Positions 51,024 to 63,854 of a stretch of 64,000 bases of DNA are shown here, one piece after another (positions within the stretch are counted from its first letter, which is position 1; each line of letters starts with the position of its first letter). Both the position numbers and the translations under genes were made by a program. Below the pieces are notes generated by a model. That model saw only the letters and a list, made by a program, of their open reading frames with translations. It was not told where the DNA came from and made no database searches. This stretch comes from the human T2T-CHM13v2.0 reference genome, Homo sapiens. The stretch lies in NCBI RefSeq assembly GCF_009914755.1, contig NC_060926.1; one strand, 5' to 3'.

Positions 51024-51161
51024 TACTTAATTCTGTTACCCATTGAGTCCTGTTTGCTGGTTTCTCCCCAGGCCAAATACAGCACATGAGCAATCAGGAT
51101 TTGCTAATACTATCACCAGTTTTTAAGACAGCTATAAATGATGTAAATAAATGTAAATTTA

Positions 51162-51882
<721 letters not shown>

Positions 51883-52420
51883 TTATGTTGTCTAAATGCT
51901 TTGTGATACAATTATGATATAGTTTGCATTTCTTTCTTAGAAAGTTTGTGTTATTCATAGTATATTTTTTTAAGTAGTAGATCATGGTGAAAGTAAAGTT
52001 GGAAAATATGGAAAGAGAGACAATAAAGACAAAGTTACCCATAGTTTCACCACTCAAATATAACTTGTTTACATTTTTGGTGTGCTTCTATTTAGCCTTT
52101 TTTTAAATTACAGAGTTTATGTATTTTTTAATTGTGATTATGTATTTTCACGCTGGTAATAATTCTATTGGATTTATTTTACTAAAAGTCACCCTTTAGA
52201 CAAAGCTGTTTCCAGAAACTATCATTAAGATGCATTGGCTTCCTGGAAATCTGATCTTACAATAATTTTTAATATTTTTGTGTTGTATGTTCATGTATAT
52301 GGAGATATCTTCAAAAACGAGTAATTGGACAGGTGAAAACAGTAAGAAGACAGTACTTTTTAAATTCATGATGCAACATCCAGTGAGCCCACCAGCCACC
52401 AGCAGGGCCCAGCTGTGTGC

Positions 52421-52439
52421 TGGCGCCACCTGGTGGTCA
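52421..52439 (-). promoter_or_regulatory. CTCF motif (TGACCACCAGGTGGCGCCA on the minus strand)
   Basis: Near-perfect 19-bp CTCF consensus in unique sequence. Confidence 0.65.
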
Positions 52440-52635
52440 TGGTTATAAACGGTTTAATTCTCCGCCTCTCCTCTCTGCTTGGCACACTGAAAAGGAACAA
52501 GGCTGTGGTGAGCTCAAGGATACCCAGGAAATCTATGGATTGGAGTTTGCATTATGAGTACCAAATAGGCACCACATGAAAGGAAAGAAAGGTCTCATGG
52601 AATCTACGAAATGAAAAATTCAAAGAGGAATATAG

Positions 52636-53023
<388 letters not shown>

Positions 53024-53750
53024 TAACTCACTTATCTTATTATCAAAAAACATAATTTCTGTCCTTTCTCTGTGACAGATAAGTTTTACGTTTTGAGAAG
53101 GTTCTGGGAGAGACAGGTTGTACAAGAGAAAACATTCTTGTTTATTAGAGCCATAAACAGCTGATATGAATCCCAGCTCTGCCACTTACTAACCGTGTCC
53201 CAGGCTAAGTCATGTAATCTTTCTGGGCTGTTCCCTCATCTCTGGAATGGGGGTAATCACAGCTTCTTTTCTAGGTTATAAGGAGTAGAAATTATGCCTG
53301 GTGCTGTGTTTGTAATGCAGGGTTCAGTGACCTGTAGATGTTTTTAAAATAAAAAGCCTTATGGATAAGTCAGATTAGGTTTAAACAATTAAAAAGTTAA
53401 TTCTGTTTACCAATTGTAGAACGCACAGGTTTTTCCCATGTTAACATCTCTGAAGATGTGTCTGTGGCGTGCCAGCGTTTTTCTCAATAGCTTTATAAAA
53501 TAATGGTGCTCCTTCCATTTGGTGGTGTTTTACACAGAATGTGGTAGTGAGGTCAGCAGAGTAAAGTGTTACAGAGAGAAGTGTTTCAAGTGCTTTAGGG
53601 TTGTGTCTGTAAAGCCTGAATATGAGACTTGGTAGTATGAGGTCTAATGGGGGCAACTCTCCCCCTGCCCTGTTCCCAGTCCCAGACTTGAACCTGAGAG
53701 CAACTGTTTCTATGAAGTTTATTTGAAAAATGTGTGTTAAACCTTTTCAG

Positions 53751-54066
<316 letters not shown>

Positions 54067-54076
54067 TTAGATTCAA

Positions 54077-54164
54077 TGAGATGACACAGCGCAGATCATC
54101 CCTCAGCAGCCTGTAGTGTTTGAGATGACACAGCGCAGATCATTCCCCAGAAGCCTGTACTGTT
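54077..54164. repeat. 44-bp tandem duplication (40/44 identical)
   Basis: TGAGATGACACAGCGCAGATCAT... at 54077 and 54121. Confidence 0.9.
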
Positions 54165-54390
54165 TCCCACACACAGTGCACGTGAGGGGAGCGATGGAGG
54201 GTGGGTGTGATCCCTTCTCAAGTCCTGCTGCTCTGCTGTGTCCACTGCTGTCATCTCTCAGGGACTGTTTTGAGGACTGAATGGGATGTTGCCTGGAAAA
54301 TACCTGGCACTTACTTGATTCCATAAATAACAGCTGGTCATACTCTCCATCTCCTTGGCAACCATTCCTGGTCTTTTTTGTCTCTTTCAG

Positions 54391-54523
54391 TCTAATAAAG
54401 TTCCTGTCGTTCAGCACCCGCATCACATGCATCCGCTGACTCCCCTCATCACCTACAGCAATGACCACTTCTCCCCCGGCTCCCCTCCCACCCACCTCTC
54501 CCCAGAGATCGATCCAAAGACAG
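54391..54523 (+). CDS. TCF7L1: TCF7L1 exon 5 ([44 protein letters not shown])
   Basis: ttcag acceptor, CAG|GTAAGT donor, 133 nt; conserved [14 protein letters not shown]...LTPLITYS motif. Confidence 0.97.
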
Positions 54524-54937
54524 GTAAGTCGTCTGCCACTCAGGCAGTGCTGCTGCAGGGCAGGCGGGCTTCTCTTTTGTGGGAACATAACAGCCCTTGA
54601 ATCAGGCTGACCTGGGTTCAAATCATGGCTCTTTGTCTCAGGAGTCTTTGGACCTTGTCTGCTAACTTTAGCCTTGTCATTTTTTTTTTCATCTGTGCCT
54701 CCCCTGTACCTTCTCCACCATAGGGTCACGATAAGGCCCACAGGAATTAAATGCAGTAAAGCACAGGGCCTGGCTCCATAGGCAGTGTGTGGGGTGGCTC
54801 TGCCCAAGTCTAGCCCAGCTGTGGGCCGTGCTTCCCTACACCAAGACATGTTTGCCCTAAACTGAACATTTTTAAATAGATTCATCAGTCTAAGCAGACA
54901 CAGAAGTGCAACCGTAAAGCAGTGAGGCCAAACTGGC

Positions 54938-55230
<293 letters not shown>

Positions 55231-55801
55231 CTGAACTGGCTTTTTTTTCTTTTTTTTTTTTTTAACTTGCCCACCAGACCTGTCCATTCCAGGGAGCCAC
55301 TGTCTTTATAGCATTCACACAGAGTTGCCAGGGGAAGGCAAAGCATTTTTGGAGCCCCTCTTTGGAGAAATAACAGTCACTACAAGTTACAGATAATGAG
55401 GAAGACACATGTGGAGGAGGAATCCAAAGTTTATTTCTCCATGAATGAGGCGGGCTTTCTAGAGACTTGGTTCACCAGTGACTCTTGTCATTGGTCTTGT
55501 GGGTCCTGTCCCTCTCTTCCAGGACGCTGGCTTCTGTATCACAGCCAGCTGGAAGATACTCTTCACAGAGATAGAATCCGTGCAGCTAGAGAGGGGGTGC
55601 ATTAGTCCTGCCTCCCCTGAATATGTCCTTGACTGACTGGTGAGAGCTGCTAGGGAGTTGACAGAGGGCAAGGACAATGACACAAGCACCTGCTAGGCTC
55701 CAGAGCACCAGGGACATAGGGCAGGATGCTCCCATTTGATGTTCGTTAAGGTGCTCTGGCAGGGCGAGGGAACAGTCTGACATATCTCTCTTTGGAAGCA
55801 G

Positions 55802-55904
55802 GAATCCCCCGGCCCCCTCACCCATCCGAGCTGTCACCGTATTACCCACTCTCTCCCGGAGCTGTCGGACAAATCCCCCACCCCCTCGGCTGGCTCGTCC
55901 CACA
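55802..55904 (+). CDS. TCF7L1: TCF7L1 exon 6 ([35 protein letters not shown])
   Basis: CAG acceptor, CA|GTAAGG donor, 103 nt, phase 1/2; contains the LVPQ motif. Confidence 0.96.
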
Positions 55905-56161
55905 GTAAGGAACCCACAGCCTCTCTTCCCCCTGCTCCCTCCTTGCGCTGAGCTCTGCCTCTGTGCCCTGCGCGCCCTGCACAGTGGAGCCCCCTCAGAG
56001 GCAAGCCCAGGACTAGGCCTCCCTGCCCCCGCCCAGGCAGCGTGCTCCCAGCATTACCTTCCCGCTTCCTTCCCATATTTCTCATCCCTTCTTCCCAAGT
56101 GCCTCTCTTCCTCTGCCCTGAGCTTTCCCAATATGCTGACCAGATTTCCTCCCCCTCACAG

Positions 56162-56245
56162 GCAAGGCCAGCCCATGTACTCCCTTCCTCCCGGTGGCTT
56201 CCGGCACCCTTACCCCGCCCTCGCCATGAACGCCTCGATGTCCAG
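56162..56245 (+). CDS. TCF7L1: TCF7L1 exon 7 ([27 protein letters not shown])
   Basis: CAG acceptor, CAG|GTGAGT donor, 84 nt, phase 2/2. Confidence 0.96.
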
Positions 56246-56521
56246 GTGAGTCCCGGGGCTGGGGCTGTCCGCATGTTTGTCTTAGCAACCACGCCATTTC
56301 TGACCACGAAACAGCTTTTTCTTGCCAGTTAATGAGCAGGCACAGGGCTCACCCTCCCCCCACCTCTCTTTGATCAAGCATCTTCTCACGTCCCGCGCTC
56401 CCCACCCCCAGGTCAGAATGGAGACCACAGGATCACTGTCCCCATCTCTCCAACAGAAGGATTGCAAAGCCCTAGCACTCTGCCTCCTGCCATGGGCTCT
56501 GGCACTGAAGCATTTTGAGGA

Positions 56522-56720
56522 CAGATGCTCCCCGACTTAGGATGGAGCCGCGTCCTGATAAACCCGTCGTACATTGAAAACACAACTTTCCCCTTAGAAT
56601 ATTTGCAACATATGATGGTTTTATCCAGACATAACCCCATCTAGGTCAAGGAGAGTACTGAATTAATATCGTTTTTGCACCATCGTAAAGTCAAAATATC
56701 CTAAGTCACGGACTGTCTGT
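56522..56720. mobile_element. TcMar-Tigger MITE (MER47/MER82-like) in intron 7
   Basis: CAGATGCTCCCCGACTTA...GATAAACCCGTCGTA start and ...CTAAGTCACGGACTGTCTG TA end. Confidence 0.6.
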
Positions 56721-57166
56721 ATATCACACTGAAGCTAGGGACTGGGAGAAGATGAATTTTTCCTGAAATGATGTCAGGAGAGGAGACGGTGAAAGGGGAT
56801 TTCTGTCTCAGGGACCAGCTCTACCTGACAGTGGAACCTCTGAGGACAGAGGAAAGCTGCCCACAGCCTAAGCCCTTCTTTTCCCCAGTATGCCCGGGCC
56901 TCTGACCCTCCTCCCCTTTTGTGTGTTTCATCCCACCTGCTTCCAGCACCAGATGGGCAGCCTGGGTGTTGGTGGGGAGAAGGAAGAGCCATTAAGCATC
57001 TCCCAAACCTGGTTTTCTAGAAGACGACAAATAGCCTTCTAGTCCTGAGACTCTGCCCCACGGACATGCCTGTGCCCTTAAGGCAGAGAGCCACCGTGTC
57101 CTCTGCTGGGTGGCAGGTATCCAGCCTGAACCCCTCTGTTGCCATTTGTTTCTATCCGGTGCACAG

Positions 57167-57310
57167 CCTGGTCTCCAGTCGGTTCTCTCCTCACATGGTG
57201 GCTCCTGCCCACCCTGGCCTGCCCACCTCAGGGATCCCCCACCCTGCCATCGTCTCCCCCATCGTCAAGCAGGAACCGGCACCCCCCAGCCTGAGCCCTG
57301 CAGTGAGCGT
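57167..57310 (+). CDS. TCF7L1: TCF7L1 exon 8 ([49 protein letters not shown])
   Basis: CAG acceptor, GTAAGT donor, 144 nt; SxxSS motif, GIPHPAIV and VKQE (SUMO-consensus-like) motifs. Confidence 0.96.
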
Positions 57311-58112
57311 GTAAGTAAGCGGCAGCCTGGATTCAGGTGGGAGGGTGCAGGCTGTGGGGAGGGGTGGCCACACTCTGAGCAGCAAATGTCATGTACTCTT
57401 CTCTCTTGGTGTCACTCAGCAGGCATCACAGCCTCCCCAGCCAGGCCCTCCCTCTTCCTCGGGACTTACTCCCTCTGACCTTCTGGGTCCCTGTCCTTTC
57501 AGGGACATGGTGCATCTTCTCTCTTATTAAGGAAAGTTTTACTGTCAGGTCTCAGAGGCTGAAAGAGAACCTGAGAAAGCTTTTAACACCCCACCGTAAG
57601 ATATATGAAAAGGTGAGGCCCAGAAAGGAGACAGTGTTTTCTTAAGGACTTGTGGTGGGCTGGTGGCCGAGCTGAGATGAGCACCAGGGTCCTTACCTTG
57701 CCCGTGTACCATAAAGATGGCAGGAAGCCAAAGTCAGTGCTCCCTGGAGATCCCAAGAGAACCCCCTCCCAACTTGGTTCTGCCCAGAGTGCCCCACACT
57801 GTGTCCTGTCACCGCCGCCAGCACCTGCCAGCTCCAGTGAGAGCTCATCTCAGCAACCCCACCATGCTCTGTTCCTCTGTCAGGAAATTGGAGAGTAGAT
57901 TTTCAAAGAATCTGGCGTGGAGATCGTTCAAAGGTGGGAAACTACGGGAGGAAGGTACTCAGGTGTTGAGTGCAGCCATGGGGCCACTTGAATTAGCATC
58001 CAGGCAGCCCGCGCCCCTCCCCAGAGACAATCAGCGGTGTTTCAGTGACAGGTGGGGATTGATGAGTTGTGTGACACCTGACATGCTAACCTACAACCAC
58101 GTGCCTTCCCAG

Positions 58113-58272
58113 GAAATCACCAGTCACCGTGAAAAAGGAGGAGGAAAAGAAGCCCCACGTGAAGAAGCCTCTGAATGCCTTCATGTTGTATATGAAGGAG
58201 ATGAGGGCCAAGGTGGTGGCTGAGTGCACCCTGAAGGAAAGTGCAGCCATTAACCAGATCCTTGGAAGAAAG
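58113..58272 (+). CDS. TCF7L1: TCF7L1 exon 9, HMG box N-half ([37 protein letters not shown])
   Basis: Unmistakable TCF/LEF HMG box; CAG acceptor, AAG|GTAAGA donor, 160 nt. Confidence 0.98.
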
Positions 58273-58358
58273 GTAAGACCTGCCCTCTCCCTCCAGGCCA
58301 GGGAGGCAGCGTCCCTGCATTGATGGCTCCGTGTGGTCTCTGACCCTCTCTCCCCCAG

Positions 58359-58466
58359 TGGCACAACCTGTCTCGAGAAGAACAGGCCAAGTACTACGAG
58401 CTGGCCCGGAAGGAGCGGCAGCTTCACTCGCAGCTCTACCCAACCTGGTCAGCCCGGGACAACTAT
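58359..58466 (+). CDS. TCF7L1: TCF7L1 exon 10, HMG box C-half ([36 protein letters not shown])
   Basis: Follows an 86-nt intron; 108 nt, phase 0/0; WSARDNY motif. Confidence 0.98.
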
Positions 58467-58554
58467 GTAAGTGCACACTCTGGGCAGAGGACGCTCAGAC
58501 CCCAGGAACAGCCTCTGCAAGAGGAGGAAGGGTGAAGGAAAGCAACTGCATTTA

Positions 58555-58870
<316 letters not shown>

Positions 58871-59548
58871 AGCGACTGCATTTATAGAGGACTCTTAAGA
58901 TCAGGGAGAAGCCCATACTTCTCTAGAAATAAGGAAGGTGTTTTAATTCTCAGGAGGTCAACAAGTCCTGAGGACGGACTTCAGTTGATGCATTTCCCTT
59001 TGAACTGGACTCTGCCCTCGATTTCATAACACAGGGCACGGGGTTAGCTGTGGTAGGAAGAGTTGTCTCCAGCCACTCCTAACCCAGGGCTCAAAGACCA
59101 GTGTGTGAGCCTCAGGGGGCGTGTCTCTAAGCTCCCGGAAACCAAGCCAATTTTCGCATGCGTGTTCTTCTTTGCTTTTTTTCTGGTAAGAGGACCCACA
59201 GTTGCATCAAACTTTCAAAGGGACCTGGGACCCCTCAGAAAAGATCTAGAAGCACTGTTCTAGGGAGAGAAACAGAAAAACAGAGTCTGAAGGGCAGTGG
59301 AGGGAGGAGGCCTTCCAAGAAGGCCTGGACACCCGACCTGGAGGGGAAACGCGTTTGTAGGGGAGGAAGGGCTCCCTCTGCCTCCTCACGGGCTCCCACG
59401 GCTGTGATCTGAATTATCTCTCCACACTCTCCCTGAGGGATCGAGAGCAGTAAAGGGCAACGTCCTGTCTTCTCTCTGATCTGGGAGCCCCTGAGAAGCC
59501 AGCATTCTTCTCTCCCAGCTTACCTCTTCCTTTGGCTGTATTTTCCAG

Positions 59549-59624
59549 GGTAAGAAAAAGAAGAGGAAGAGAGAAAAGCAGCTGTCCCAGACACAGTCAC
59601 AGCAGCAAGTCCAGGAGGCAGAGG
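59549..59624 (+). CDS. TCF7L1: TCF7L1 exon 11, basic tail/NLS (GKKKKRKREKQLSQTQSQQQVQEAE)
   Basis: ttttccag acceptor, AGG|GTGCGT donor, 76 nt, phase 0/1. Confidence 0.95.
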
Positions 59625-60240
59625 GTGCGTCTCGGGGCACTGGCCTCTTCTCCTGCTTTTCCTTTTGTCACAGCCACACCTGCCCATGCTGTCTCTAGCT
59701 CCCTGATGGGTCAGGGCTTCTGCCTCGGTATTCGCGGGCGGGTATTATTACCCCTTTCTCGAGGTGGCCACTTAAGAGGCTCTGAGATGTGAAGGCATTT
59801 TCCCAGGCACTCTGCTTCAGTGGTGGTGGTAGGATTTGATCCCAGGACTTTGTCACTTCAAAGCCTAGACAATCTAATTCCATTGAAAAGTGAATCATCC
59901 TACCTGAGGGTTAATGGAATGAGGTTGAAATTGTCTTTGAAATACCCTTAGGAAGGCAGCACATGAGCCCCTGACATCCCACCTGTCAGTGGATCCAGGG
60001 GAGCCCGGGTTTCCTTGGATGTTTCTTTGGTTGAACACCAGAAAAAATTAGTTTGCTTGGGTTTAGGAGGCACTTTGTGTCAAAACCATGTATAAAATCT
60101 CTATATTACCAGAATCATGCCTAGCACAGAAAGATGCTCACACTGTGACGATTATTATTAATATTTAGGTCACGCCCCCCATCTCATGCTCACTCCAGGA
60201 CAAGTGTATCGCTGCTTGCACGATGTAAAGTGCTTTCAAT

Positions 60241-60590
60241 CTCTCTTCTTCATTCCTCCCTCCCTCCCTTTCTTCCTCCCTCCCTTTCACCTTCCCTCCC
60301 ATTCTCCTTCCCTCCCTTTCCCCCTCCCTCCCTCCCTTTCCCCCTCCCTCCTTTTCTCCCTCCCTTCCTTTCTCCCTCCCTCCCATTCTCCTTCCCTCCC
60401 TTTCCCCCTCCCTCCCTCCTTTTCTCCCTCCCTTTCTGTTTCCCTCCCTCTCTTTCCCTCCCTCTCCCCCTCCTTCCCTCCCTTCCCCCCCTCCCTTTCT
60501 TCTTCCCTCGCTTTCTCCTTCCGCCCTCCCTTTCTCCTTCCCTCCCTCCCTATTTCCTTGCCTCCCCTCCTCCCTTCCTTCCTTCCTTCC
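60241..60590. repeat. Polypyrimidine (CCCT/CCTT) low-complexity tract in intron 11
   Basis: ~350 nt almost purely C/T, with an internal ~42-nt direct repeat. Confidence 0.93.
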
Positions 60591-61019
60591 ATTATACATA
60601 GGAGCGCACATGAGTGGAACCCGTACCTGCTACAGAACCCGCTGTCTGGCACGCTGTTCAGCAGGCATGCACTCTCTCTGACTGTATTAATACCATAAAC
60701 CAAAGATTTCAAAGCAAACTGGAGATTCATCCCAAAAGTTACCAGCTTTAGGAAAGGAGGGTGGTCCTGTGAGACACTGAGCCGTCTTCTCTCCGATCTG
60801 ATGCTGGGTGGATCTTCATCAGTTTGGGCGTTGCCTCTTCTCTGTGCTCTGGGTATTTGTGAATGCAGTTTCCTAGTCTTGAAAGCCTTGGAAGTAATGT
60901 CAGGTCCTCGCCAAAATCATCCCTGTGTCTCCAAAGCACATGTATCGCCAGGGCTGTTCCTCAGCCTCCTCCTCTCACAGAGCTATAGCTGCTCACTCTT
61001 TCTTGTATTTTCCCCCTAG

Positions 61020-61453
61020 GTGCCCTGGCCTCCAAGAGCAAGAAGCCATGTGTTCAGTACCTGCCCCCCGAGAAGCCCTGTGACAGCCCTGCCTCCTCCC
61101 ACGGGAGCATGCTGGACTCCCCGGCCACTCCCTCTGCAGCTTTGGCCTCACCAGCTGCCCCTGCTGCCACCCATTCGGAGCAAGCCCAGCCCCTCTCCCT
61201 CACCACCAAACCAGAAACCCGGGCCCAGCTGGCTCTCCACTCTGCCGCCTTCCTGTCGGCTAAGGCTGCAGCCTCCTCCTCTGGGCAGATGGGCAGCCAG
61301 CCTCCCCTCCTGTCCCGGCCCCTCCCCCTTGGGTCCATGCCCACAGCTCTGCTGGCCTCTCCCCCGTCCTTCCCCGCCACGCTCCATGCCCACCAGGCCC
61401 TCCCGGTGCTACAGGCCCAGCCTCTTTCCCTGGTCACCAAGTCTGCCCACTAA
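61020..61453 (+). CDS. TCF7L1: TCF7L1 exon 12 coding part, C-terminal tail with two CtBP-binding motifs (PLSLT, PLSLV), TAA stop
   Basis: cctag acceptor; in frame with ORF 61109-61453 ending [11 protein letters not shown]. Confidence 0.96.
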
Positions 61454-62375
61454 GCTCCCCCCGACCCCTGCAGGCTGTCACATGACTCATTGAGTAGTAA
61501 TGATTCAGAAGAAAAAGAAAAAGGAGACTTTATTGGTCAATATTTGACCACTCTGGACTGTTCTGTAAAGTGGCTGGTAACAACAGCACTTTACAGTTTG
61601 TAGATGTAACCAGTAGCTGATCTTAAGGCTTTTTTAAAAAACAAAACAAAACAACAAAAAAAAATCTTTATAAGAAAGAGAACTGAAAAGTAGCGTGCTA
61701 TTCGTCCTGTAGGTGCTGTGGTGGATGGACCTGGGCAGAGGGCACTTCTCTCTCTTACCTCTCTTGCACTTTCTGTCTCCTGTCTCTTCTCGCCCCTGCC
61801 GCCTGCCCCAGCTTCCCCGACTCCATCTGCAGCTCTGCCATTGTGACATTTCCTGTTACCCAGCCCAAGTTTTCATCGTCTGCTCAATACCGTGGGTTCT
61901 TCTTCGTCCTCTGTCCTCTGCCCAGTGTGAGGCCATCACCATGTGAGAAGACATCTTGGCCTGATTTGCTGCCACCAGCGTCCCCTCCCTCAGTGGGCCC
62001 GAACTCGCCAGCCCCAGCTTTCAGTGGAGAAAGCGGTCCTCTGAAATGGTTTCCTCCCAACCCCCGCATTTAAAGGGACTCAAGGTGCCTGCCACTTCCT
62101 CAGCGAAGAAGTCTGTGTTCCTCCCCGTCCTTGCCAGTGGCGATCATCCCTTCACAATCCCAGAGTGGCAGGCGGGACCGGCCCCATGGTCTGGCTCCTG
62201 TCACCTGGGTCCGTGCCAGCACAATCTGCCAAAGTTCTAGAGACCCTGTTCCCTTCCCCATCACCTCACATGCTTCTTCTGTGTGTATTTCTTTTTGTTT
62301 TTATGGTTTTTGGAGCAATTTAAACTCCCAGTTGTTTATTTTCACAAAAGAAAATAAAATTGCAGTTGCAAGACC
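61454..62375 (+). other. TCF7L1: TCF7L1 3' UTR (cleavage site approximate)
   Basis: Lies between the stop codon and the AATAAA; repeat-free. Confidence 0.85.
62353..62358 (+). terminator. Polyadenylation signal AATAAA
   Basis: Canonical hexamer with upstream TGTA/U-rich sequence and a downstream GT/T-rich element (62384-62405). Confidence 0.88.
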
Positions 62376-62812
62376 TTTTCTGAGTGTTTCTTTAGTGCTT
62401 TTGTTGAATCAAACCACCTGTTTGTTTCACTCCCAAACCCTGTGTTAGACTTTCGCAGATATGCAAAGGAAGATTGCCACTTGCCACAGGGGAATGTTAG
62501 GCATGCCTGACACCCTTAGAAAACCTGAACCCAGCTTCCTGTCTCAAATGTGCATGGGCCAGTCAGTGTCCATGACTGAGCTGCAAAGGGGGTAATCATT
62601 TTCACAGCTGATTTAAATGAATTTGCCGCCTGGAATGACATTCAGCTTATGCTTCTATCACCCATTTGACTCGTAATTGCCAAGATGTGAGGAAGCATCT
62701 TTTGGATACTTTCCATAGTATCTAGCACCACAATTAATTTTTTGTAACAGCTTTATGGAGATATACTTCAGCCATTTAAAGTTACACTTCACCCATTTAA
62801 AGTATACAGTTC

Positions 62813-63431
<619 letters not shown>

Positions 63432-63615
63432 TCATTGGCTGTATGTTCAGAGTTGTGCACCTATCACCAGTCAATTTTAGAAAGTTTTTGTCAGTCCCAA
63501 AGGAAGCCCCATATCCTTTGAAAATCACTCCACATTTTGCCCATCTCCCCCAGCCCTAGGCAACCACTAATCTACTTTCTGTCTCCAAACTTGTCTATTC
63601 TAGACATTTCATATA

Positions 63616-63854
63616 CAGTCATGCATCGCTTAGCAACTGAGACAACGTTCTCACAAATGCGTCGTTGGGCAATTTTATTGTGTGAACATCATAGAGTGTA
63701 GTTAGAAAAACCTAGATGGTGTACACACCTAGGCTATATGGTATAGCCTATTGCTCCTAGGCTACAAGCCTGTACAGCATATGCTACTGTACTGAATACT
63801 GTAGGTGACTGTGACACAGTGGTGAGTGTTTATGTATCTAAACATAGAAAAGGT
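63616..63854 (+). mobile_element. Tigger3/MER7-like DNA transposon
   Basis: TA-CAGTCATGCATCGCTTA...CACACCTAGGCTATATGGTATAGCCTATTGCTCCTAGGCTACAA. Confidence 0.75.

Noticed and set aside
54103-54885. 260-aa minus-strand ORF, the longest in the track
   Set aside because: Antisense shadow of exon 5 plus flanking intron/MIR-like DNA; no domain recognised
60026-60050. TTTGGTTGAACACCAGAAAAAATT, loosely like the recalled FGLDQQNN codons of a C-clamp exon
   Set aside because: Short, gapped match with no splice sites; a neutral remnant should not survive since early vertebrate evolution
60165-60730. G/E/R-rich and P/S/F-rich ORFs of 120-170 aa
   Set aside because: Stop-free only because of the CT low-complexity tract
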